DNA of 64,000 bases from Diplonema japonicum (GCA_964019335.1 OZ025671.1:248001-312000), one strand, 5' to 3'; positions 48,901-56,640 are shown, counted from the stretch's first letter. Notes: generated from the sequence alone by a model not told the origin. Program-made: numbers and translations.

Positions 48901-50110
48901 GTAACTCTACCGGCAGCGGACCGCAGTGTCCGTTTTCATAAAGCCTTAGCATTTGCTGTTGCGCACTGCGGATCTTGTGCTTCAGCTTTTCCAGTCTTTG
49001 TTGTCTGTTCGATGCCGCTCCGACCGCCGACTCCGCCGACCTCGCACTTAGCTCCGATTTCGTAGGTTCCCGTACTTTGCCTCTCCCGGTGTACACGCTG
49101 CGCGTCGGCCCCTTGTACCCATGTAATAGGTACTCCTCTGCGAGGTCTGATATCTCCGAGAAAGCTTCGGTGGGCTCCTGTGCTGCTATGAACTCCCGGT
49201 ACCTCGACTTCTGCATCAGTGCCTTCGCCACCTCGCCAGGCGCCTTCTTGGTCTTCGGTATCTCCTGTGGGATGGTGTACCTCAGGACTTCTTGACGAAA
49301 AGCTGGGATGTTGAGTGTCACCGACAAGCATCGGTGGTCCGACCCGGTGATCATATCGCTTACTCCGCAATGTTCGAGACCTTGGGCCGCGATGTTATTC
49401 AGCAGGACCCTGTCAATCCTCGTGCTGCAGTTGGTCCTAACGAACGTGTCCTCCGCCTGTACACCATCCCTTCTTGCACAGAACGCAGCGGCGTCTACCC
49501 AGTCTGTCTGTATAGCTTTCCTTAACGTGGGGGATCGTACTTCGTCCGTGTTGAAATCGCCCACCACGGCCACAGGCACGTCTCCCAGTTCGAACTTAAG
49601 ACGGCAAAGGATGTAGTGGAGAAGCTCTTCACGGTATTTCGTCTTGGCTTGGTCCTGACCCGAGTGGCAGTAGACGTTGATCAGGTGAAGCCACCGTTTG
49701 CTTCCATCGAGTGAGATCTTCACGTGTGACCACCTGTCCCTGTGCGGCCCATTCGTTTCACAGCGCACCGCCGTACGTGGTTTTTTCACCAGGGTTCCTA
49801 GACCACCCCGTTTCGCTATCGTCAGAGATGTGACACCACTGGACTCCCTGCCTGGCTGTGGCTTGCTCCAGAATCTGGCGTATCGTTTGCCCCAGTCATC
49901 GTCTCTCAGCACGTGTTCGATTTCCAGCTGCGTCTGAGCCGTGAGGGCTGTCTCCTGGATGCAGAATGCGTCCGGGAGGACGGTGGAGTACTCGCTCAGC
50001 CTGTTGTTAAGTGATGAGCCGTTGTGTGTGAAAATGGTGAATTTCTCGTGTTCTGGCTCTGGTCCGGGGTGGGGTTCGATACCCTGTTCGGTGAGACGTT
50101 CAAATTTCAT
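45917..50110 (-). CDS. Element A ORF2: 2A-like peptide, AP-endonuclease, reverse transcriptase, zinc finger, C-terminal domain
   Basis: RLTEQGIEPHPGP; APE HNGSSL, CIQET, GDFN, RIDRVL, SDH; RT LDFRKCFD, GILQGCP, YADD; CDLC..HQLYEC. Confidence 0.95.
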   Translation of the reverse strand: MKFERLTEQGIEPHPGPEPEHEKFTIFTHNGSSLNNRLSEYSTVLPDAFCIQETALTAQTQLEIEHVLRDDDWGKRYARFWSKPQPGRESSGVTSLTIAKRGGLGTLVKKPRTAVRCETNGPHRDRWSHVKISLDGSKRWLHLINVYCHSGQDQAKTKYREELLHYILCRLKFELGDVPVAVVGDFNTDEVRSPTLRKAIQTDWVDAAAFCARRDGVQAEDTFVRTNCSTRIDRVLLNNIAAQGLEHCGVSDMITGSDHRCLSVTLNIPAFRQEVLRYTIPQEIPKTKKAPGEVAKALMQKSRYREFIAAQEPTEAFSEISDLAEEYLLHGYKGPTRSVYTGRGKVREPTKSELSARSAESAVGAASNRQQRLEKLKHKIRSAQQQMLRLYENGHCGPLPVELRNVLRNIATLGEELKVDNCQVDATGGIDGIREELDIAEDFAQGMLSELLQYRKRMQTKAYERSVRADFGKERKHITAWVRDRPNQRTDVVEVADGGVTANLQEMDKVMRNAWSGVFCARTLEEEPQYERFAQRYGDLIKKAPMARTPITAEQLREVIRKKPEKGACGVDGWRMSELKRLPTSILKAFADLFNLIEETGQWPRQITTALVSLIPKGEGSAPLNHRPITVTSTIYRLWACTRLKGVLDWQERWITPRQHGFRPKHSTTTALMELCTKLELALVEGEPLEGLALDFRKCFDLVPQRLSLDLMDALGMDQSIGRALQGMYTQITRRFKYPIGVGETFETTNGILQGCPLSVIVVNALLSIMVRAVEQVAPDAEVLAYADDAYLLAKLRGSLQAAVNGTLEFCDLTGMEINKEKTVGFGTAEDFKSKVIGNRTEMRKGLEVAVPYKTVTDLCGLGVKINTRRTGTTWNKPTTGALGSLDRLGGTRIAFETKAHLVSTTVLPSCLYSGPFSPPCDEALKKLTTKITCNLWGPHHRGRSPTAVNTVLLKGHTNDPLSYVMYHSLKVVSGALDDSRLRQRCMQIAAGYDAGSIQMGPVGNLVCRWLPRIGWSWAQLLGCNTSWAERGHIFREVVRKARSRTLAVERSTISGIEPGADPKTNRLWRTAKDPLMSYSLRRVIAGGVPYLNPHANAKRKSVPLAPEGDDNGDDEENMGQAPTTEVSHTQGFRCDLCKSPHPDTVTLLRHQLYECACAQEELALDGMEPLRNRSGWPLCLELHAILPRGHVFAHLEKLQRYMAVVVGKRDVELMQIDNASTQPLPWVRNVEGRRCLVPTAGELEGVGGIVAEFLNPLLQWLSQLRWVKEDTSSEVSAVELAIDFEWTTGKLLGGLLEDRARKIKALIRKLNAACRARKKPRPFPADEQKRVKSLIAIGGKTAMGFARRPIFATHTTHDKLMELKAAYKRDRITRLRKTLKASIGTKAMLQKGSIKR

Positions 50111-50203
50111 GTCAGATAAGCGTATCGGATTGTATTTGGAAGGATGGGAACGGGGCGGAGGGAATGGGTTTGGGGGGTGGGTTTGGGGGGAGCCCTCATG
50201 GAG

Positions 50204-52447
50204 TCATTGTTCGCATTGTTCGCACCCGCGGCATTTTACCCTTTTGCAGTCTGGTAATATGCAGGTCTGTGCTGGGTTGTTCTTTGTGATGTTCCCGCCG
50301 CAGTAGTGGCATACACCCTTCCAGCATTGATATGTCCCGTTGTAGACGTGGCAGATGCCCTTGCCCAGGCAGTCGTCAATGTCGGCGGGGCCCTCGTCCA
50401 GGTCGATGTCGGTGTCATCGTCAGTTGGGGGGGGACCCAAGTCATCTTCGGAGTCGTCCATCATCTCCTCCCCGGCAGCAGGGCGCATCATCGGGGCCCG
50501 GTTCCCGGGGACGGGCTTCGAGAGCGTCGCTTCCGTGAGTCTCTTAATTTGCTCGGTGAGCGCGGCCATCTGGATGTGCATCTGCCGGACCTCCTCCCGT
50601 AGCTCCGCGTTCTCCCTCCGTAGACTGACCACCTCAGCCGGCGGCTTGACGTCGCTGACCGGTTCCCCTGCAAGTTTACGAAGTGCGTTTTCGATTGCTG
50701 TGAGGCGGTCCTCAAAGGCCGGGGGATCGGCTTTCTTCGATGTTGTGGGCGACTTACCGGACTTCGGTGGGGCGGCTTTACCCGTAGGGGCAACCTTCTT
50801 TCCTGCAGCTGGTGGTTTGTGGTCTGGTTGAGAGGACCCCGTCACTGCTCCGAGGTACGACTTGCCCGCGTTGTTTGTGGTCCCCGTTTTCGGCCTTCCC
50901 CAGGACTGAGCTGGCGGTGTCTTTTTGGTGGGTGGGTTTCTAACGTCGGGAGCTATCCTGCAGTTGAGGACCCGCCCAGTTGGGGACGTGATCTTCAGTG
51001 ACGTGGTTGGGGGTTCGCCCCCTCGGATGTACCAGCACCTCATGCTGTTGCACCATCCGCCGTGTAGTGGGACGGCCTCCCACTTAATCGCCTCGAGTAT
51101 CGCCTCAACGTGTTCGGCTCCGCACTGCCCGTACAGTCCCGACAAACGCCACCTGGGCTCCCCATGCTGCCCGCGTTGTCGCTCCTCCTCGCCTAATACC
51201 TTGTCGAGGAGCGTGGTTTTCCTCTCCTCCGATGTCCTCACCCCGAGACGGCCGTCGGATTCGCGCAGCGCTAACCCCTGCTTCTCAGTCTCCGCCAGCT
51301 CGAGTGCCTCTTCCAGAGTGATCTCCTTCGGGAGCCAGGCGACAGGGGACTTCTCCACGTCCTTCGGCTTGACGAAGATCCCCATCTTCCCGGATGCACT
51401 TACGAGGCGGCGGCGGTTCTCGGTTGCGATCGTGACGAGCACGTCAACCCTTGGGGCCGGTCCATCCACGTACTTGTCGATCCTGTGGATCGTCTTACAG
51501 CCCAGCATCTCCTGGACCAGCTTGCGGGGTTCGGAGGTCACCCTCTCCCAAGTCTGGGCTGGGGTGTGCGTCTTCGAGACGACGAAAGCTACCCGCGTGT
51601 ACATCGCGGCCAGGTCAATACCCACCGTGTTTTTGTTTTTTTGAGAGCGCGAGATCTTTCCGCTCAGTACGTGCAAGAACATTGTCCTGTTCGAGTACTC
51701 TCCAGCCGCCTTGAGCACGACGTCGTGTTCGTATCGACCCTTGCCGTTGCGTTTGAGGAGGACTGCCTTGTTCCCGTCCCAGGGCATCTTTTCTGCCTCC
51801 TCCACGTTGACCTCGGTCGCGATGGCTATGCCATCTTTCCCTGCCACCAGCTCTTCCCACTCTATGAAGGGTAGGTCGAACTGTCCCTGCTCGAGGAGCC
51901 AGCATTTCTTTGCCTGCGGTTCCTTCCGTGGTGGCTTGCTGTTCGGTCCCCTCCATGCCTTCGCCTCTCCGTCTGAGGTTGGAATCCCGACCCGTGGCAG
52001 CTTGAACTGCTGCATAGCTTTCTTCAGCACGTTCACGTTGAACGGCTCCGTGGCGTTGAGGTATGCCCGGCCGTCGAAGGCGACGTGGATGGGCTGCTTC
52101 TTGGACTTGGACTCTCCCACGATAGGGGAGACGATGAGGGCGCCGTCGTCGGCCGTAATCAGGTGGATGTCGGTCTTCAGTGCGCGGGCGGTGGCTTGGA
52201 TGGTAACCGGGTCCGCGGCGGTCCCCTCCCTGGCGTGCTGGGAGCAGTACAGGTCGTAGTCTCCGATGACACTCGCCCGGTACTCCTCGCTTCCTCGCAG
52301 CTCTTGTATCATGCGGCGCCTAACGTCGCTCCCCTTCTTTCCCGTCTTCTCTCCGACCACTCCGTAGAAGGAGTTTCCGTTTCCAATCCCGTACCCCTTC
52401 CCGCGGGCTGTCATCCCGTACCCCTTCAAAGCTTTGTGAACGTCCAT
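50204..52447 (-). CDS. Element A ORF1 (degenerate OTU-like N-terminus, RRM-like region, coiled coil, Cys zinc finger)
   Basis: GNGNSFYGVV..TAADPVTIQATARAL..IHVAFDGRAY; WRLSGLYG..LEAIKWEAVPL; CHYC..CILPDCKRVKCRGC. Confidence 0.85.
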   Translation of the reverse strand: MDVHKALKGYGMTARGKGYGIGNGNSFYGVVGEKTGKKGSDVRRRMIQELRGSEEYRASVIGDYDLYCSQHAREGTAADPVTIQATARALKTDIHLITADDGALIVSPIVGESKSKKQPIHVAFDGRAYLNATEPFNVNVLKKAMQQFKLPRVGIPTSDGEAKAWRGPNSKPPRKEPQAKKCWLLEQGQFDLPFIEWEELVAGKDGIAIATEVNVEEAEKMPWDGNKAVLLKRNGKGRYEHDVVLKAAGEYSNRTMFLHVLSGKISRSQKNKNTVGIDLAAMYTRVAFVVSKTHTPAQTWERVTSEPRKLVQEMLGCKTIHRIDKYVDGPAPRVDVLVTIATENRRRLVSASGKMGIFVKPKDVEKSPVAWLPKEITLEEALELAETEKQGLALRESDGRLGVRTSEERKTTLLDKVLGEEERQRGQHGEPRWRLSGLYGQCGAEHVEAILEAIKWEAVPLHGGWCNSMRCWYIRGGEPPTTSLKITSPTGRVLNCRIAPDVRNPPTKKTPPAQSWGRPKTGTTNNAGKSYLGAVTGSSQPDHKPPAAGKKVAPTGKAAPPKSGKSPTTSKKADPPAFEDRLTAIENALRKLAGEPVSDVKPPAEVVSLRRENAELREEVRQMHIQMAALTEQIKRLTEATLSKPVPGNRAPMMRPAAGEEMMDDSEDDLGPPPTDDDTDIDLDEGPADIDDCLGKGICHVYNGTYQCWKGVCHYCGGNITKNNPAQTCILPDCKRVKCRGCEQCEQ

Positions 52448-52489
52448 CTTAGACTGACGCGGTTGCTTAGATTGTCAATGTGTTTGCTG

Positions 52490-52563
52490 TGATCTGATAT
52501 GATCTGATATGATCTGATATGACTCGATTTTTCTTCTCTTCTCTTCTCTTCTCTTCTCTTCTC
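52490..52563. repeat. Short tandem repeats in the element A 5' UTR: (GATCTGATAT)x3 and (TTCTC)n
   Basis: Seen directly. Confidence 0.85.
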
Positions 52564-52659
52564 CTTTACGTTGCTGATCTGTGTCGCGCTTCAACTTCCA
52601 ATATTTGTATTTTCTTTTCAAACCGTTGCTGTGTGAACTTTATTGGCACGGTCGGACAC

Positions 52660-52697
52660 CAATAAAGTACAGAAACTGTAGCTTTAGAATCGTTGGT
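52660..52697 (-). other. Genomic copy of the spliced-leader exon (diplonemid type), fused to the 5' end of element A
   Basis: ACCAACGATTCTAAAGCTACAGTTTCTGTACTTTATTG; contains the euglenozoan SL core CAGTTTCTGTACT.TATTG and closely resembles the Diplonema SL as I recall it. Confidence 0.9.
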
Positions 52698-52729
<32 letters not shown>

Positions 52730-52790
52730 TATAGAAAGAAGTAAAAGGTAGCTAAGTAATGACAGAAACTGTAGCTTTAGAATCGTTGGG

Positions 52791-52822
<32 letters not shown>

Positions 52823-52854
52823 TATAGAAAGAAGTAAAAGGTAGCTAAGTAATG
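52669..52854. repeat. Tandem duplication of a 93-bp unit (flank + T18 + partial SL) at the 5' junction of element A
   Basis: Units 52669-52761 and 52762-52854 differ at one base (52697 vs 52790). Confidence 0.9.
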
Positions 52855-53748
52855 AGTAGGAATCAATAATACAAAAAAAGAAACCCCCCCAAGGACGGGA
52901 GATCTAACCCATCGGAATTTAGCCGATTTTTATCGGCTCCTGTCCTTGGGAGGAACAAATACTTTCGGACGCGTAGATTTCTTTTTCTTTTTTTTTTTTT
53001 TTTTTTCTGCTAGTCGAAAGAAGTAGCTGTGCGGTCTCATCCTTGAGCATTAACTTCCTGTACCGAACGCTATTCGGGTTTGCAACCCTTTTTCTTATAT
53101 TTCCTGCAAGTGGTTTAATCCCCCTCTATTCTTATCAGGGGAGACAACGAAGAGAACGGGGGGAGGAAATCACAAAATAAAAACACACAAAGGTAGTCCT
53201 CCCCCCCCTTTTTTTTCCCCTCTTCTTTATGCAGCATGCGACAAACCCGGAGATGCCTGGTGCGCACAGATTGAACGAGAAGAAGAAAAAAAAGGGAATC
53301 ATGGAACTGCACACAAGAAAGAAGGAGGTAGAAATATAATCTGTGTAAAACTCTTTTTTTTTTTTTTTTTTTCTTTCACTCCTCTCCTGTCTACCCAATC
53401 CTCACACTCCGTGGTGTGCTTGCTCGTGCTTGGCTGATAATATCGTCGTCCTGTTTTTTTGTACCATTTATTTTTTTTTTCCCCCTCCCGTTTTCCCATC
53501 ATCCATCATACCCACGAATCGTTGTCAGCGTTCGGACTGTCCACCACTAGGTCGTGCCGATCATCATCCCTCTGCCCACGCGATTTATTATAGCAATACC
53601 GAATCAACAACAGCACTAACAACAAGGTAAGTGCCATACCCACCACTGCTATGTCTGTTTGCCATCCCTTTCGTAGCATGGCCCTGAAGAGGAAATGGCA
53701 CAGAAGATATACAGGGGGGGGGGGGGAACAATGCTAAAGACACACTAT

Positions 53749-54558
53749 CTAATCAACCTGCCGTTCACCATGCGGGACCAGCTCCTGCACACCAAGCTCC
53801 TTTGCAAGCTGTGGAGCGTCCAACACCCCTGTTTGTTTATATGACAGTTGTTGGGGATGCCTTGTCACCAAACCCTTGTCTTCCAAAGTGTTGAGTGCCA
53901 TCGCACACCCCATCCCGTACGCGTCCAGTTTTAAAGACAAATCCGCGAATGAGTTCTGACAATGCAATTTTTTCGCCGCTTCTCGAATTTTAGGAAGCGG
54001 GGTGTGCAGGGCGGCGTGAGACCCTGACAGTGCCACTCGCTTTCGTTTCTTCGAGGGGGCGGGAAACGTTGCCATGTGGACCGCGAGGTGGAGAGAGGAT
54101 TCCATTGTGGAGCTAGCGGGAGGGGGGTCAGACGGTATGCCAACACACCCCTCTTGAAGAGCCTCATGTATGAGGTACCTCACCGTGTGAACAGTGGACG
54201 TGTGTGTGAGGTTTGTGGTCACATAAGTAACCAGCTTCTGTTCGTTTTGAGCGTTTTTCTGCAGCATCTCCTTCGCGATGTCACCGAGCTCCCTCTCGGT
54301 GTATCTTTTTAGCTCCAAAACCAAATCCCCTTTTGTCGACCCGCATCGCTGCTCAACGATGACCCCCCCGCCCTCGATTTGCACTCTGTCGCCGTCCCTC
54401 ACCCACTCAACGCCCGCCTCTCGAACCGCCCATTTTATACACTCGCTTTTCCCCGAATACGGAGGGCCCCTTACAACAGCAGACCCTTTTTTGGTGTGGA
54501 GTACGAAGAGAAGCAGCTGCTCGCATTCTTCTTCGCGGTGGAGGGGTGGGTTGTGCAT
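53749..54558 (-). CDS. Highly reduced ORC5/Cdc6-like AAA+ and winged-helix protein
   Basis: PLHREEECEQLL..AVVRGPPYSGKS Walker A; C-terminal ALNTLEDKGLV..SYK..QLAKELGV winged-helix-like end. Confidence 0.55.
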   Translation of the reverse strand: MHNPPLHREEECEQLLLFVLHTKKGSAVVRGPPYSGKSECIKWAVREAGVEWVRDGDRVQIEGGGVIVEQRCGSTKGDLVLELKRYTERELGDIAKEMLQKNAQNEQKLVTYVTTNLTHTSTVHTVRYLIHEALQEGCVGIPSDPPPASSTMESSLHLAVHMATFPAPSKKRKRVALSGSHAALHTPLPKIREAAKKLHCQNSFADLSLKLDAYGMGCAMALNTLEDKGLVTRHPQQLSYKQTGVLDAPQLAKELGVQELVPHGERQVD

Positions 54559-54679
54559 TTCTTTTTTTTTTTCCATTTATAGTTTCCCCCCCCCTTTTTT
54601 TTTCTAAGGGAGGAATAAGCCGGGGGGATAAAGGAGAGGGGGAAATGCATAATATCTTCTACAGTATTTTCTAAACATT

Positions 54680-55198
54680 CTAGGTAAAAAGCCTGGACCC
54701 ATGACGGCGAGCCGCCGTGTGGATGGTGGACGCTTCGCAGTAGTCGTCGTAGGCCCGCTCGCATTCCCGGTCGCGTTGTGGAGATATTTGAGGGGAGGTT
54801 CCAAAGGTGATGCCACACATCTGGCAGAACCGTGCGGTGTGCACCCTCGTTGTCCCACAGCTGTAGCAGAACCTCGGCTCAGGGGTGGGGTCTTGTTGTA
54901 TATGAGGGTGCTGCGATGGGGGTGGTTGTTGGTCATCCTCCTGCTGTGCGGCCCGCCTCCCCGCACCCCCTGCTAAGTTCAATAGCTGTTCCTCCGTGCT
55001 CATCCCCTTTGTCGCTTCTAATAAAATCTCAGCGAGCTCCCTTTGCTGGTTGATCCCCTGTCCCACCTTCACATCGACTTCGTGCAATCTTCTTGCTACT
55101 AGTTCAGCAAGATCTCGCTGCCTCTGCTCCATCTCGGCAACCTTCATCTCCAGACGCCTCACGACCCTTGCCATGTCATGGTTGTCATGGTTCTCCAT
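54680..55198 (-). CDS. Hypothetical coiled-coil protein with a double zinc ribbon
   Basis: RFCYSCGT..RFCQMCG. Confidence 0.7.
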   Translation of the reverse strand: MENHDNHDMARVVRRLEMKVAEMEQRQRDLAELVARRLHEVDVKVGQGINQQRELAEILLEATKGMSTEEQLLNLAGGAGRRAAQQEDDQQPPPSQHPHIQQDPTPEPRFCYSCGTTRVHTARFCQMCGITFGTSPQISPQRDRECERAYDDYCEASTIHTAARRHGSRLFT

Positions 55199-55293
55199 AC
55201 AGGTGGAGTTCCTTTTTTTCTTTTTCGCTTTTTTTTTTCCCCATGATGAGTGCAGGGAAAAATATAATATTATAAATATAAAGTTGTTTACTA

Positions 55294-56640
55294 CTACAAT
55301 GGTACATGGGTCTGTGGTGGTAGGGCCATCGCCGCCGACTCTCTATACGCGTCGTACTGGCGGACTGCCATCTCCGAGCAGTCCCATTCCTTCACGAACT
55401 CGACCCAAAAGGTGTCAGCCATCTTTTTTTGCGCCACCGGGTTGACGTACGACACGTATTGTGGGAAGGGCGACGGGGGGAAGATGTTCGGCGGCGGCTG
55501 CTTGCGCTTCTTCTTCTTCTTTTTCTTCTTCTTTTTCTTCTTCGGGCTTTCCGGAAACACAAACTCGACCTTCGGCGTGGAGGGCGGGGTTGGGGTTTCT
55601 TCTTCCGGCTCCGTCTGCTCCTCGGACTCTTCCTCCTTGACAGGCACCGCAGAAGGCGCGGGCGACGATTCTTCCTCCTCAGCTACCGATGTGGCCTGTG
55701 ACACCGATTCGACAGCATCAAGGTTTCCTGAAGAAGTTTCCAGTGTGTGGTAGCAGTCTTGACACGCACGTTCAGGGCGGTCATAACCAGGGCACATCAT
55801 GACGTGGGGGCTGCATCGGTCGCAGACAAGTCTTCCGCATTTCCTGCAATGGTGGCGTCGTCGGCTTGTCGTGAACTTAGCGTTGCAGATGTTGCAGTCT
55901 TTTCTCGCATCGTCACGCTCCCATGGGGCTTTTACCCCCCTCATCATCACGGTCTCTTCATCGACAACACCCCCGAAGGACACTTTACGTTTGTCTCTCG
56001 GGCTAGAATCTTCTTCGCTCGTCGCGCTGAGCGTTTCCACCTCCATAGCATCGATTCTCTGTCGTGCTGGGACCGACGGCTGCTGCTTCAGGATCGCTTC
56101 CAGCGACTCGTTGGGGTTTATATTCGGGCATCCCTTGTGGCGTATCAGGTATGCATAGTGCAGGATCTGATCCTTTGTAGCATGTGCTTCACTCCCTTTA
56201 GGAAGATTTTCTATAGGCAGCTTCTTCCCTGTTAGGGACTTTGCGTATGTTATGGCACGGAGGAGCTCTGTCATGTCTTCGGTGGTGGCGTAGCCAGCTC
56301 GTTTCTCTGACGGTTGTAAGAGAAGTAGATCGTGGGATTTCTCTTCGGGGATGCAAAGAAGAACCGCGCAGCCTGTTTTGCCCAGTCCTGACCGTTTGGG
56401 CTCGTACTGTCTGTAAGCGCCTTCGATGTCTGCCACGTTGATCACGCGCTTCACTTTGAAGCTCTTCGCTTCGCAGACCACCAGCACAGAGGTGCTCACT
56501 AAAACAGCACGCTTCTGCCGTACCCCATGGCTGCTCACCTTGTCTACTATCCTCACAAAACTCGCGTTCTGCAGTTGATTGTAATTAGGCCTCCTCGGTG
56601 CCTCGCCGTACCCGTCCTCTGCTGACTTGGAGCTGAACAT
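55294..56640 (-). CDS. FYVE-domain protein with an N-terminal PH/TH1-like domain
   Basis: WERDD..CNICNAKFTTSRRRHHCRKCGRLVCDRC..RACQDC; VDKVSSHGVRQKRAVLVS. Confidence 0.88.
   Translation of the reverse strand: MFSSKSAEDGYGEAPRRPNYNQLQNASFVRIVDKVSSHGVRQKRAVLVSTSVLVVCEAKSFKVKRVINVADIEGAYRQYEPKRSGLGKTGCAVLLCIPEEKSHDLLLLQPSEKRAGYATTEDMTELLRAITYAKSLTGKKLPIENLPKGSEAHATKDQILHYAYLIRHKGCPNINPNESLEAILKQQPSVPARQRIDAMEVETLSATSEEDSSPRDKRKVSFGGVVDEETVMMRGVKAPWERDDARKDCNICNAKFTTSRRRHHCRKCGRLVCDRCSPHVMMCPGYDRPERACQDCYHTLETSSGNLDAVESVSQATSVAEEEESSPAPSAVPVKEEESEEQTEPEEETPTPPSTPKVEFVFPESPKKKKKKKKKKKKRKQPPPNIFPPSPFPQYVSYVNPVAQKKMADTFWVEFVKEWDCSEMAVRQYDAYRESAAMALPPQTHVPL

Larger units (their letters stand above)
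45845..52697 (-). mobile_element. Non-LTR retrotransposon A (SL-headed; ORF1 with pseudo-OTU; 2A-APE-RT-ZnF ORF2), T14 tail
   Basis: SL at 52660-52697, 5' UTR, two intact ORFs, 58-nt 3' UTR ending in T14. Confidence 0.93.

Noticed and set aside
39221-50110. RNase H domain in either ORF2
   Set aside because: No recognisable RNase H acidic motif (e.g. FTDGS) follows the RT or zinc finger.
44144-50206. Genome-wide TGA reassignment (Trp) or selenocysteine as the explanation for the in-frame TGAs
   Set aside because: Host genes (aldolase, NCX, HECT ligase, VDAC) terminate at TGA at their expected ends, and no SECIS-like element was identified.
52560-52697. Functional SL RNA gene
   Set aside because: The first SL base is missing, I see no GTAT donor or recognisable Sm site, there is no array, and it runs straight into the LINE 5' UTR. 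The other full copy has unrelated downstream sequence.
39153-52697. SLACS/CZAR/CRE-type SL-targeting retrotransposon
   Set aside because: These elements encode an N-terminal APE endonuclease rather than a C-terminal restriction-like one, and no SL sequence is duplicated at the 3' end.
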